From Deltaproteobacteria bacterium (lineage in GTDB: Bacteria > Myxococcota > Kuafuiibacteriia > Kuafuiibacteriales > Kuafuiibacteriaceae), in the NCBI GenBank assembly GCA_040218735.1, contig JAVJQW010000062.1:160001-224000 (forward strand): a DNA stretch of 64,000 nucleotides, written 5' to 3'. The position numbers and the translations under genes are program-made. The notes beneath the pieces were generated by a model. It saw nothing but the letters and a program-made list of their open reading frames with translations, was not told where the DNA came from and did no database searches. Of this stretch, positions 35,781 to 45,476 are shown in pieces (positions within the stretch are counted from its first letter, which is position 1; each line of letters begins with the position of its first letter).

Positions 35781-37988
35781 ATGTCTACGGTCGCCGCGTC
35801 GGTCCTCCTCCTCGCGCTGGGTGCGCCCGCCGCGGAAGCGCCCCACTTCGTCGTGTCGGGGGCGGACACCCTCCCCCTCCGCGCGACGCAGACGGACGTG
35901 CACGTCGCGGGGGTCATCGCCCACGTCCGCGTTCGCCAGCGCTACGAGAACGACGGCGCGAACGCGATCGAGGCGCAGTACGTGTTCGCCGGCTCCACGC
36001 AGGCCGCGGTGTTCGGCATGACGATGAAGATCGGCGAGCGCACGATCGTCGCGAAGATCGATGAGCGTGCGCGCGCGCGGCGCAAGTACGAGACCGCCAA
36101 GGACGAAGGGCGCGCAGCGGCGCTGCTCGAACAGTCGCGGCCGAACGTCCTGTCGATGAACGTTGCGAACATCATGCCCGGCGACGTGGTGGAGGTGACG
36201 CTCGACTACACGGAGCTGCTCGTCCCCGAGCGCGGCGTCTACGCGCTCGTCGTCCCGGGCGTCGTGGGCACACGCTTCGACGGTGAAGGCGGCCGCGAAG
36301 CGTGGAACGAGAACCCGAACCTTCCCGACCACACACCCGGACCAAAGTTCGGGCTACGCGCGCGCATCGTCGGCGGCGCGCCGGTGCGCGCGGTGAAGTG
36401 CACCACCCATCGGATCGCACCGCAGTTCACGGGGCGCGACGTCGTCGACGTCCGCGTCCTCGACGAGGACGGCAGCGACCGCGACTTCATCCTCCGCTAC
36501 CGCCTCGACGGCGAAGCCATTCAGACCGGCGTGCTCCTGTACGAGGCGAAGGGCGAGAAGTTCTTCGCGGCGACGATCCAGCCGCCCGAGCACGTCGCCC
36601 CCACGATGATCCCGCCGCGCGAGTACGTCTTCGTCGTGGACGTCTCCGGTTCGATGCGCGGCTTCCCGACCCAGACCACCGTCGCTCTTCTCGAGCAGCT
36701 CCTCGCGGATCTTCGGCCGCAGGATCGTTTCAACGTCGTGCTGTTCGCGGGCGGCCAGACGCTGTTCGCGCCGCGCTCCGTCCCCGCGACGCGGGACCAG
36801 GTCGAGCGCGCCGTCGAGGTCGTGCGCCACCTCCGCGGCGGCGGCGGCACCGAGCTGCTCGAGGCACTGAACACCGCGCTCGGCACGCTACGCGAGGCCA
36901 CGATCGCGACCAGCTTCGTCATCATCACCGACGGCTACGTGAACGTGGAGCGCGAAGCCTACGCGCTGGTCCGACGCGAGCGCGGCCGCGCGAACGTCTT
37001 CCCGTTCGGCGTGGGCCGCTCGGTGAACCGACACCTCGTCGAGTCGCTCGCGCGCGCCGGCGCAGGGCGGCCCTTCGTGGTGACCAACGCGTCGGAGGCT
37101 CACGACGCCGCCAAACGCTTCGCGCGGTACGTGTCGGCGCCGGTCATGACCAACGTGCGGGTCGGCTTCGATGGCTTCGATGTGTACGACGTCGAGCCCA
37201 CCGCCCAGCCCGACTTGTTCGGCGAACGACCGCTGGTTGTGTTCGGCAAGTACCGCGGCGCAGCGCGGGGCCGAATCCAGGTCCGCGGCGACACCGGCAT
37301 GGGCGCGTTCGCGCGCGACGTCGACCTCGCCGACGCCCGACCGAGCGACGACCTCGTCGCGCTCCGCTACCTGTGGGCGCGTGAACGCGTCGCGGCGCTC
37401 ACCGAGGGGGACACCACCGAACACGAAGAGGCCGTCACCGCGCTCGGGCTCGCGTACGGCTTGATGACCCCGTTCACCAGCTTCGTGGCGGTCGACGATC
37501 GCGTGCGACGCCACGGCGCGGATCCGGTGGTGACCGTGCGGCAGCCGCTCCCGCGTGCGTCCGGGAGCTTCGGTAAGAGCGGCGGGCTGCTCGGGACATT
37601 GCGGTCTAACGGCAGCGGCGGCGCGTTGAACAACGTCTACGGCGACATCGCCCTCGGAGGCGGCGGTTCGGCGGACGGGTTCTCGGGGGTGGTTCGCGGA
37701 TCGCTGTCGAAAGACCGCATCGCGCGGGTGTTCCGGAGGAAACGCGGCGCCTTCAAACACGTGTTCGAGAGGATGCTGAAGTCGGATCCGAACCTCTCGG
37801 GCAAGGTCGTCCTCGAGCTCACCGTCGGCCCTGACGGCCGCGTCGTCGCGGCGCGGATCCGCGGCGACGCCGCGAAGCAGAAGCGGTGGGCCGGGCTCGT
37901 CGCCGTCGCGAAGAAGATGCGGTTCCCCGCGCCCGCCGGCGGCGGGACGATCCACATCAGCTACCCGTTCATCTTCCGGGCGCCGTGA
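35781..37988 (+). CDS. VIT + vWA domain protein with C-terminal TonB-C/AgmX-PglI-like domain
   Basis: Signal peptide; VIT (LPLRAT..V...GVIAHV); MIDAS DVSGSM, GGGTE, ITDG; L.TPFTSFVAVD; C-terminal P.LSGKV.L...V..DGRV...FP.P.GG....SYPFIF. Confidence 0.87.
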   Translation: MSTVAASVLLLALGAPAAEAPHFVVSGADTLPLRATQTDVHVAGVIAHVRVRQRYENDGANAIEAQYVFAGSTQAAVFGMTMKIGERTIVAKIDERARARRKYETAKDEGRAAALLEQSRPNVLSMNVANIMPGDVVEVTLDYTELLVPERGVYALVVPGVVGTRFDGEGGREAWNENPNLPDHTPGPKFGLRARIVGGAPVRAVKCTTHRIAPQFTGRDVVDVRVLDEDGSDRDFILRYRLDGEAIQTGVLLYEAKGEKFFAATIQPPEHVAPTMIPPREYVFVVDVSGSMRGFPTQTTVALLEQLLADLRPQDRFNVVLFAGGQTLFAPRSVPATRDQVERAVEVVRHLRGGGGTELLEALNTALGTLREATIATSFVIITDGYVNVEREAYALVRRERGRANVFPFGVGRSVNRHLVESLARAGAGRPFVVTNASEAHDAAKRFARYVSAPVMTNVRVGFDGFDVYDVEPTAQPDLFGERPLVVFGKYRGAARGRIQVRGDTGMGAFARDVDLADARPSDDLVALRYLWARERVAALTEGDTTEHEEAVTALGLAYGLMTPFTSFVAVDDRVRRHGADPVVTVRQPLPRASGSFGKSGGLLGTLRSNGSGGALNNVYGDIALGGGGSADGFSGVVRGSLSKDRIARVFRRKRGAFKHVFERMLKSDPNLSGKVVLELTVGPDGRVVAARIRGDAAKQKRWAGLVAVAKKMRFPAPAGGGTIHISYPFIFRAP

Positions 37989-38029
37989 GCCAACGGAATG
38001 TCCACTGCACAGCCTGGGGTTCGCCGGTC

Positions 38030-38812
38030 ATGATTCGCCTCGCTCTGTTCGTCACGACGCTGCTCTCGGCGGCGCCCGCCTTCGCGATATCCAAGGGCCA
38101 CTACGCTCGGGGCCGGCAGACCTTGGCGATCGCGATGTCCGAGGACGGCCCGGATCACTACCTCGTGCTCACGCCGGACTGCTACGACCGCGCGCCGCTG
38201 TCGCGGCACTACGAGCGCGAAGAGCGCACCGACAACTTCTACGCCCACGCGTCCGTGGTCGCGGCGATACGCGAAGTCGCGAAACAAGTGCGCACCGACC
38301 ACCCGGAGGCGGGGCGCTTCGCGGTCGGCGAGCTCAGCAATAAACGCGGCGGCAAGATCCCCTTTCACCTGTCGCATCAGAACGGCCTCGACGTGGACAT
38401 CGGCTACCTCGTCCGCACGCGCGCGCCCCACCCCGTCCCGCTGTGCCACGACGGCCCGCGCTACGAGGTGAAGGTGCGCGGCGAATGGCGCGTGCGCGGC
38501 GACCTCCCGCTCGATCTCAACTGGGCGATGGTCTCGGCGTTCGCCGCCCGGGACGACGTCCGCTCCATCTTCGTCGGCGGTGTGATCCGACGCGCACTCG
38601 AAGACTGGGCCAAGGCCGCCCAGGTCCCCGCGCGCGAACGCCGACGCACCATGAAGAAACTCATCGCCACGTTCTGTCGCGCGCCGAAGGGCGTTCAAAT
38701 GGGGACGTATCGGAACAACCGCTGCCCGCACGACGATCACATCCACGTGCGGTTCCATTGCCCGGCCGACAGCCCCGACTGCACCGAGCGGCGCAAGAAA
38801 CGAAGCACCTGA
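38030..38812 (+). CDS. Penicillin-insensitive murein endopeptidase (MepA-like, LAS family)
   Basis: Signal peptide; GELS..GG...HLSHQNGLDVD and HDDHIHVR. Confidence 0.85.
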   Translation: MIRLALFVTTLLSAAPAFAISKGHYARGRQTLAIAMSEDGPDHYLVLTPDCYDRAPLSRHYEREERTDNFYAHASVVAAIREVAKQVRTDHPEAGRFAVGELSNKRGGKIPFHLSHQNGLDVDIGYLVRTRAPHPVPLCHDGPRYEVKVRGEWRVRGDLPLDLNWAMVSAFAARDDVRSIFVGGVIRRALEDWAKAAQVPARERRRTMKKLIATFCRAPKGVQMGTYRNNRCPHDDHIHVRFHCPADSPDCTERRKKRST

Positions 38813-38867
38813 AGTTTTTCTCGGTTCGGGTGTTACTTATTCGCGCTTCGCCCATAGTACCTGGCGA

Positions 38868-40139
38868 ATGCACGTCGTCATCCTCGGCAACGGCGTCGCC
38901 GGCATCACCACGGCGCTGGCGATACGAAAACGAAAACCCGACGCCAAGATCACCGTCGTCTCGGGCGAGTCGAAGTATCACTACTCACGGCCCGCGCTCA
39001 TGTACATCTTCATGGGCCACATGCGGTACCAGGAGACGAAGCCCTTCGAGGATCGCTTCTGGTCGGACATGAAGATCGACCTCGTGCGCGGCTGGGCGAC
39101 GAACATCGACGTCGAGAACCGCCGCCTCGAGATGAAGGGCCAGGCGGCGATCCCGTGGGACAAACTCGTCATCGCGACGGGCTCCAAACCGAACAAGTTC
39201 GGCTGGGAAGGACAGGACCTCGACGGCGTCCAGGGGCTCTACGGCCTCTACGACCTGAAGAAGCTCTACGAAAACGCCGAGCACACGAAGCACGCCGTCG
39301 TCGTGGGCGGCGGGCTCATCGGCATCGAGCTCGCCGAGATGCTGCACTCGCGGCACATCCCGGTGACGTTCTTCGTGCGGGAGAAGTCGTACTGGGACAA
39401 CGTCCTCAACGCCGAGGAGTCGCAGATGGTGTCGCGCCTCATTCGGCACCACGGCTTCGGGCTGGAGCTTTCGACCAACCTCGAACGCATCGAGGACGAC
39501 GGCCAGGGGCGCGCCGCCGCCGCGGTCACGAGCGACGGCAAACGCGTCGAGTGCCAGCTCGTCGGCCTCACGGCGGGGGTGTCACCGAACGTCGACGTCG
39601 TGAAGAACGCGGGCATCGACACCGGGCGCGGCGTGCTCGTGAACGATCGACTCGAGACGCACACCCCCGACGTCTACGCGGTCGGCGACTGCGCGGAGAT
39701 CGAACGCGATGGCGACACCCGGAACCTGCTCCAGCAGGTCTGGTACACCGGGAAGATGCAAGGTGAGGTCGCCGCGGAGAACATCTGCGGCGGGCAGCGC
39801 GACTACGACCCGGGCATCTGGTTCAACAGCGCCAAGTTCCTCGACCTCGAGTACCACACCTACGGTGACGTGAACCGGCGCATCGAAGGCGAGCACAACC
39901 TCTACTGGGAGCACGAGAGCGGGCGCCACTCGGCACGGCTCGTCCACAAGGACGACGTGGTCATCGGACTGCAGACGATGGGCCTCAGGTGGCGCCACGT
40001 CGTCGCCGAGAAGTGGCTGAAGGAGAAGCGCTCCGTGAAGGACGCGATCGGTGCGTTGTCCGAGCTCACCTTCGAACCCGAGTTCCACAACGGACACGAG
40101 CAGGCGATCACGACCGCGTTCTCGGAGCAGCTGTCATGA
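38868..40139 (+). CDS. NAD(P)/FAD-dependent oxidoreductase
   Basis: GNGVAG, LVIATGS, VVGGGLIGIELAE, T..PDVYAVGDC. Confidence 0.9.
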   Translation: MHVVILGNGVAGITTALAIRKRKPDAKITVVSGESKYHYSRPALMYIFMGHMRYQETKPFEDRFWSDMKIDLVRGWATNIDVENRRLEMKGQAAIPWDKLVIATGSKPNKFGWEGQDLDGVQGLYGLYDLKKLYENAEHTKHAVVVGGGLIGIELAEMLHSRHIPVTFFVREKSYWDNVLNAEESQMVSRLIRHHGFGLELSTNLERIEDDGQGRAAAAVTSDGKRVECQLVGLTAGVSPNVDVVKNAGIDTGRGVLVNDRLETHTPDVYAVGDCAEIERDGDTRNLLQQVWYTGKMQGEVAAENICGGQRDYDPGIWFNSAKFLDLEYHTYGDVNRRIEGEHNLYWEHESGRHSARLVHKDDVVIGLQTMGLRWRHVVAEKWLKEKRSVKDAIGALSELTFEPEFHNGHEQAITTAFSEQLS

Positions 40140-41599
40140 CCGCGCTGAAGGTGCTGCACGACGACTACGCCTTCGACGAGGAGGCGGAGGGCTTCGGCGA
40201 GCCGGTGAAGCTCGAAGCGCCGCCCTCCAGCGCGCCGCAGAAGCTCGCCGCCGCGATCATGGCGGCGGGCGGGCTCGCGTTCGTACTGTACGTCGCGGGC
40301 TTCGACTTCCTCGACGGCTGGCCCGCCTTCGGCGCGACGTTCGGCTTGCTGATGCTCGGCTCCGCGCTGTGGTTCTACCTCGACCTGAAGGACACCGAGC
40401 CCGGCATCAAACACGACGGCATCTGGTTCTCGGGCGCGCAGAGCCGCGGCGTGATCGGGTGGGGCCTCGGCCTGCTCATCACCGGCTTCTACGTGGTGCT
40501 CTATTTCTACGACGACCTGCAGGGGATGGGGATGCCGCCCGTCCTCGAGCGCCCCGTGCGACTGCTCGACCCCCTCGCGATGCTCGTGCAGAACGGCCAG
40601 TCGTCGCGGTGGTTCCTCTACGGTGTGCTCTACACCGGTGCGATCTTCGTGTTCGGCATCCGCATGATCATGAAGTACCGCCACAGCCGGTACCACCAGA
40701 TCCGCACGCTCTCGGTGATGTTCTTCCAGTTCGGCTTCGCGTGGATGCTGCCGAACCTCCTCATCTACTTCCAAGCGCCGTACATGGAGTTCAACGGCGT
40801 GTGGCCGCTCAAGCAGGACTACCTGTGGCCCGAGAAGGTGTTCGGTAGCTTCCTCGGCGGCGGGGGCGGCATCGGCGTGTTCCTCCTCGGCTACGCGATC
40901 GCCGCCGTCATCGCGACGCCCATCCTCACCTACTTCTTCGGCAAGCGCTGGTACTGCTCGTGGGTGTGCGGCTGCGGCGGTCTCGCCGAGACGCTCGGGG
41001 ATCCGTGGCGGCAGCAGTCCGACAAGTCGACGCGCGCGTGGAACATCGAGCGCTTCACCATCCACGCGGTGCTCGTCGCGGTGCTCGCGGTGACCGCTTC
41101 GCTGTGGATCGACCACGCGACGACCGGCTCCGTCTACGGCTCGTGGAGCGCGCCGGTGCGCAAGTGGTACGGCTTCTACATCGGCGCGATCTTCTCCGGG
41201 GTCATCGGCGTCGGGTTCTATCCGCTGATGGGGAGCCGCGTGTGGTGTCGCTTCGGCTGCCCGCAAGCCGCGATCCTCGGGATCTGGCAGCGCGTCTTCT
41301 CGCGCTTTCGCATCACGACCAACGGCGGTCAGTGCATGTCGTGCGGCAACTGCTCGACCTACTGCGAGATGGGTATCGACGTGCGCTCCTACGCGCAGCG
41401 CTCCGAGAACATCGTGCGCGCCTCCTGCGTCGGCTGCGGCGTCTGCGCGGCCGTCTGCCCACGCGGCGTGTTGAAGCTCGAGAACGGACTGCCGAGCGAT
41501 CGTTTCGAAGGCGCCGAGTCGCGGCTGAAGATCATCCGCGACGCCGTCGGCCCGACGCCGACGCCGGACTACACGGCGTGGACCCCGCCGGAGCGCTGA
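40136..41599 (+). CDS. Membrane polyferredoxin (4Fe-4S-binding, NapH/RdxA-like)
   Basis: Multiple TM helices; WYCSWVC, WCRFGCP; CMSCGNCSTYC and CVGCGVCAAVCP. Confidence 0.88.
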   Translation: MTALKVLHDDYAFDEEAEGFGEPVKLEAPPSSAPQKLAAAIMAAGGLAFVLYVAGFDFLDGWPAFGATFGLLMLGSALWFYLDLKDTEPGIKHDGIWFSGAQSRGVIGWGLGLLITGFYVVLYFYDDLQGMGMPPVLERPVRLLDPLAMLVQNGQSSRWFLYGVLYTGAIFVFGIRMIMKYRHSRYHQIRTLSVMFFQFGFAWMLPNLLIYFQAPYMEFNGVWPLKQDYLWPEKVFGSFLGGGGGIGVFLLGYAIAAVIATPILTYFFGKRWYCSWVCGCGGLAETLGDPWRQQSDKSTRAWNIERFTIHAVLVAVLAVTASLWIDHATTGSVYGSWSAPVRKWYGFYIGAIFSGVIGVGFYPLMGSRVWCRFGCPQAAILGIWQRVFSRFRITTNGGQCMSCGNCSTYCEMGIDVRSYAQRSENIVRASCVGCGVCAAVCPRGVLKLENGLPSDRFEGAESRLKIIRDAVGPTPTPDYTAWTPPER

Positions 41600-41605
41600 A
41601 GCGGT

Positions 41606-44182
41606 TCAGTTCCTCACCGGCGACAGCTCCGCCAGCGCCTCGCGAACAGGTGCGCTCGACGCGTGGTCTTCGCCGTACTGACGGTCGTAGATCCTGAGCG
41701 CTCGTTCGAACAGCTGTCGCGCCTCGTCGAAGTGGCGGCGTCGGGCTTCGACCCGCGCGAGCGCCTCGAGCCCTTCCAGCTTGGTGTACGTATCGCCCTC
41801 GACGTGCGCCGACTGGATCGCCAAGGCCCTCCGGAGCGTCGCCGCGGCCTGACCGAAGTGCCCTTCTGCGCGCTCCAGATCTCCTAGGACGGCGAGCGCC
41901 TCGCCGTGGTCGAGGTGCTCCGCGCCGCGCTCGATCGAGAACCGCTCGACCGCGGAGACGACGTGTGGCCGGGCGAGCTTTGGGCGTTCCATCGCGACGT
42001 AGGCGCGACCGAGATCGAGATCGATGTACGCCGTGTCGACGTGGTCCGCGCCGAACTCACGGAGGTAATACGAACGCGCACGCTTCATGAGCGGAACCGC
42101 GGCGGCCGCCTCCCCCATCCGGACGTAGACACACGCGCGATCGTGATAGCTCCGCACGACCATGATGTCCTCCGCGGAGAACGCGGCGGTGAAGATCTTC
42201 TCCGAGCGCTCGAGGTCCGCCAACGCCTCCTCGTAGCGCCCGATCGAGAGCAACGCACGCGCCCGGTAGAAGTACGAGTAGCCCGTCTGCGGGTGGTCTG
42301 GACCGAGGTGCCGCTCGCGAATGTCGAGCGCGCGCTCCTGGTCGACAAGCGCGTCCTCGATGCGCCCCATGCGGTGGTGAAGCCACCCGCGTCGCCCGTA
42401 GAACGCAGCCACCGTCGCGTGACGACCCGCCAGCTGCGGCGCCAGCGCCAGCGCGTACCCGGCGTAACGTTCGGCCGCCGGGTAGTCGGAGTGGCGCGCC
42501 GCCGTCACGTACGTCAACATGTCCCAGGCCTCGGCCATCGCGAGCGGGTCCCCCGCTTCGAGACCACGCCGCGCCCCCTCGTGCAGGTGTCGCTCGGCGT
42601 CCGCGAGCCTCCCGAGCCGCCCTTCCGCCCACCCCAGGCGCGTCGCGGCCGCCGCGCGGATGGGCGTGTAGTCCAGCGTGTCGGCCTCCGCATAGACGGC
42701 CTCCGCGACCACGAGCGCTTCGTCATAACGCGCGAGCTCGTGCAGCGTTCGAACGCGTTGCAGCTCACTCTCCAACGCGGCGACCGTCGCACGAACGCGC
42801 GGATCCGCGGGCGGAGGTGTGCGCTGCCGAAGGTGTTCGAGGTCCCCGCAGACCTCCGTCGGCGTGAGCGCCGCGATGGCGTTGGCGACGCGCCCGACCG
42901 AGGCCTCGTCCACTTCCGTCAGCCCAGCGGAGAGGGCGTTGAGCTCGAGCGTCCGCTCCTCCAGACACAGCATACGTGTCGAGAGCAGCGCGCGCGACTG
43001 GACGTTCTTCACATACGTTGCTTCGCAGGCCGAACGCTCCATCGCGTGGATCCGAGAGATCTGTCGGTGAAACGCAGCGTCGATCGCGTCCACCGTCGCG
43101 GCGGCGTACGGGACTCGGGTCGCGTGCACGGCTTCGACGATCTCGGTCCGACGCGTTTGGCCGTAGATGGAATCGAAGTTCCTCGGCGGCCCCGAACAGG
43201 GCTCGGTCGACGTCGGCGCGAGCAACATCGCAGCGGCGACGATGCCCGCGCCCACCCCCACGCCGGCGAGCACGGCCTGTCGCGAACGTCGGTCCCGCGC
43301 CCGCTCGAGCTCGACGAGCAACGCCGCCATCGTCCGGTGACGGTCCGACGACTCCGGAGCCAACCCGGTCGACAGCGCGCTGCGCGCACGACGCGGGACG
43401 GAGGTTCGCAGAGGCGTCGGACGCCGTCGCCCGGCCCTGACTTCGTCCCTGAGCGCCTGCCAAGTCGCGGCCTCGAACGGCCGGGAGCCGAAGAGCACCT
43501 CGTGCGCGACGACGCAGAACGCAAACTGATCCGAGCTCGCATCGACGACGCCGTCGAACTGCTCCGGGGCCATGTACGCCGGAGTCCCCGCGACGCTGCT
43601 GCGCGTCACGGGCGCCTGCGCAGCGACGGAGCCGGCGCGATCGAAGGGTCGCGCGAGCCCGAAATCGAGGACCCGCGGACGGCCTTCCCGATCGATGATG
43701 ACGTTCTCCGGCTTGAAGTCCCCGTGGACGAGGCCCGCCGCGTGTGCGGCCGCGATGCCCTCCCCGGCGGCGACGAGGACCGAGAGGCGCTGCCGCGTCG
43801 TCCTCTGCTCCGCCTCGCACCACGCGCGCAGGGTGACACCGTCGACGAACTCCATCGCGATGAAGACCCGCCCCTCGTACGTGCCGACCTCATACGCGGA
43901 GACGACGTTCGGGTGCGAGAGCTTCGCCATCGCCTTGGCCTCGGCGATCAGACGCGCCTGGTCGGCCTCGCCGTTGGCGCCGTCGGGTCGGAGGAGCTTC
44001 AGCGCCACCTTGCGGTCGAGCTCGGGATCGAACGCGGCGTACACCACCCCCATCGCGCCCTCGCCGACCTTCTCCAGGACGACGAAGCGGCCCACGCGCA
44101 CCGGCTCCATCGGCTCCCCGAAGATCCGCGAGCGCACCCGCGCACGCGCGCGCGCTTCTTCGAGATCCCAACCGTTCTTCAT
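41606..44182 (-). CDS. Ser/Thr protein kinase with TM helix and extracytoplasmic TPRs
   Basis: GEGAMGVVY, VALK, HGDFKPEN, DFG, GTPAYMAPE; LGPDHP-type TPRs. Confidence 0.93.
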   Translation of the reverse strand: MKNGWDLEEARARARVRSRIFGEPMEPVRVGRFVVLEKVGEGAMGVVYAAFDPELDRKVALKLLRPDGANGEADQARLIAEAKAMAKLSHPNVVSAYEVGTYEGRVFIAMEFVDGVTLRAWCEAEQRTTRQRLSVLVAAGEGIAAAHAAGLVHGDFKPENVIIDREGRPRVLDFGLARPFDRAGSVAAQAPVTRSSVAGTPAYMAPEQFDGVVDASSDQFAFCVVAHEVLFGSRPFEAATWQALRDEVRAGRRRPTPLRTSVPRRARSALSTGLAPESSDRHRTMAALLVELERARDRRSRQAVLAGVGVGAGIVAAAMLLAPTSTEPCSGPPRNFDSIYGQTRRTEIVEAVHATRVPYAAATVDAIDAAFHRQISRIHAMERSACEATYVKNVQSRALLSTRMLCLEERTLELNALSAGLTEVDEASVGRVANAIAALTPTEVCGDLEHLRQRTPPPADPRVRATVAALESELQRVRTLHELARYDEALVVAEAVYAEADTLDYTPIRAAAATRLGWAEGRLGRLADAERHLHEGARRGLEAGDPLAMAEAWDMLTYVTAARHSDYPAAERYAGYALALAPQLAGRHATVAAFYGRRGWLHHRMGRIEDALVDQERALDIRERHLGPDHPQTGYSYFYRARALLSIGRYEEALADLERSEKIFTAAFSAEDIMVVRSYHDRACVYVRMGEAAAAVPLMKRARSYYLREFGADHVDTAYIDLDLGRAYVAMERPKLARPHVVSAVERFSIERGAEHLDHGEALAVLGDLERAEGHFGQAAATLRRALAIQSAHVEGDTYTKLEGLEALARVEARRRHFDEARQLFERALRIYDRQYGEDHASSAPVREALAELSPVRN

Positions 44183-44805
44183 CGCGCCCCGAGGCCTTCC
44201 GCATCGAGTATCGCGCGCACGTCGCGGCTCCACTTGGGTAGGTCCGCCAGCGTCGACTCGACGAGCGCCTCCCCCTCCAGCTCCAGCGCCGCCGCCTTCA
44301 GTCGCTCCAGACCTCGGCGCACGCGGCTGCGCGCGGTCCCTTCGGGGACGTCGAGGGCCGCAGCGAGCTCGGGTCCGGACATCTGTTCGAAGTAGTAGAG
44401 CTCGAGCGCGACCTGCAGCTCGATCGGAATCCTTCGCAAGGCGCGGACGAGGAGTCGCTGCTCCTGTCGCGCGCCCACGATCTTCGAGGGCGTCGGGCCG
44501 AGGTCCTCCACGCTCGTGATCGAGAAGTCGAGCGGCGCCTCGCGATGCGCACGGTGATGGATGTGGCGGTACAGCACATGTCGGGCGGCGCCGAACAGGT
44601 AGGCGCGGAACCGGTCATCCGCCTCGAGGCGATCTCGCCCGCGCACACAGGCGAGGAAGGTCTCTTGGACGAGGTCCTCGATGCCCCCCTCGGTCTTCGT
44701 CCGAAAGAACCGGTACACGCTGGCGAAGTGCCGGTCGAACAGCGCGCTCCCGGCCTTGGCGTCGCCGCCCCGCCAGGCCCGCAGCAGGTCGGTATCGGAG
44801 GCCAC
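44179..44805 (-). CDS. ECF sigma factor
   Basis: DLLRAWRGGD..A...LF.RH, EDLVQETF; region 4 ELAAALDVPEGTARSRVRR; stop overlaps kinase start. Confidence 0.9.
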   Translation of the reverse strand: MASDTDLLRAWRGGDAKAGSALFDRHFASVYRFFRTKTEGGIEDLVQETFLACVRGRDRLEADDRFRAYLFGAARHVLYRHIHHRAHREAPLDFSITSVEDLGPTPSKIVGARQEQRLLVRALRRIPIELQVALELYYFEQMSGPELAAALDVPEGTARSRVRRGLERLKAAALELEGEALVESTLADLPKWSRDVRAILDAEGLGAR

Positions 44806-44891
44806 AAGGGGATCTAACGCGTCGTGAGAAAAATCTGACAAAAAAAGCCGAAGGCCGTGATCGATTCGCGCTCGGCTCGGACTGAAGGGCC

Positions 44892-45449
44892 ATGAGCAAC
44901 CGCCCCGAGCCACACCTCACCTCCAAGCCGCGCCTGCTGGCGGCCGCCCTGGCCCTCGGCCTGGCGAGCCCCGCGTGCATGATCTCGCCGGAGCACGGCG
45001 ACTGGATCGAGTCGCTCCAGCACCCCGTCACGTTCACCGTCGTGTCGCCGTGGGAGGACGCCAACTATTCCATCGAGACCGCGGTCTTCAACAGCAACGA
45101 CGAGGTCATCGGATGGAACTTCCTCGTCGCCGGCCAAACCGACACGTTCCTCCTCACAGACCCGGACGGCCGTGACCTCTTCATCGACACGAAGGTCACG
45201 CAGATCCTCGTCGGCTGGACCGCCGCGCCCGGACCGGGCTGCGGAGGAATCAACCCCGAGTGCCACAAGAAGGTCCGCATCCGAGGCCACATCCAGGGGC
45301 CCACCGGTGCCACATCCACGATGTTCACCTACGACGACGGCACGGCGAGCTGCCGCAGCAACGCGCTCGTCTCCGGCGGCGCCGACGAGGTCATCACCGA
45401 ATGCGCACGCGACGAGGACTGGATCGAGGTCTTTGCGTACGACGACTGA
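44892..45449 (+). CDS. Hypothetical lipoprotein
   Basis: Hydrophobic signal ending ASPAC; divergent from the ECF gene. Confidence 0.7.
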   Translation: MSNRPEPHLTSKPRLLAAALALGLASPACMISPEHGDWIESLQHPVTFTVVSPWEDANYSIETAVFNSNDEVIGWNFLVAGQTDTFLLTDPDGRDLFIDTKVTQILVGWTAAPGPGCGGINPECHKKVRIRGHIQGPTGATSTMFTYDDGTASCRSNALVSGGADEVITECARDEDWIEVFAYDD

Positions 45450-45476
45450 GAGGAGCGCAGCGCTCGACGACCTAGA

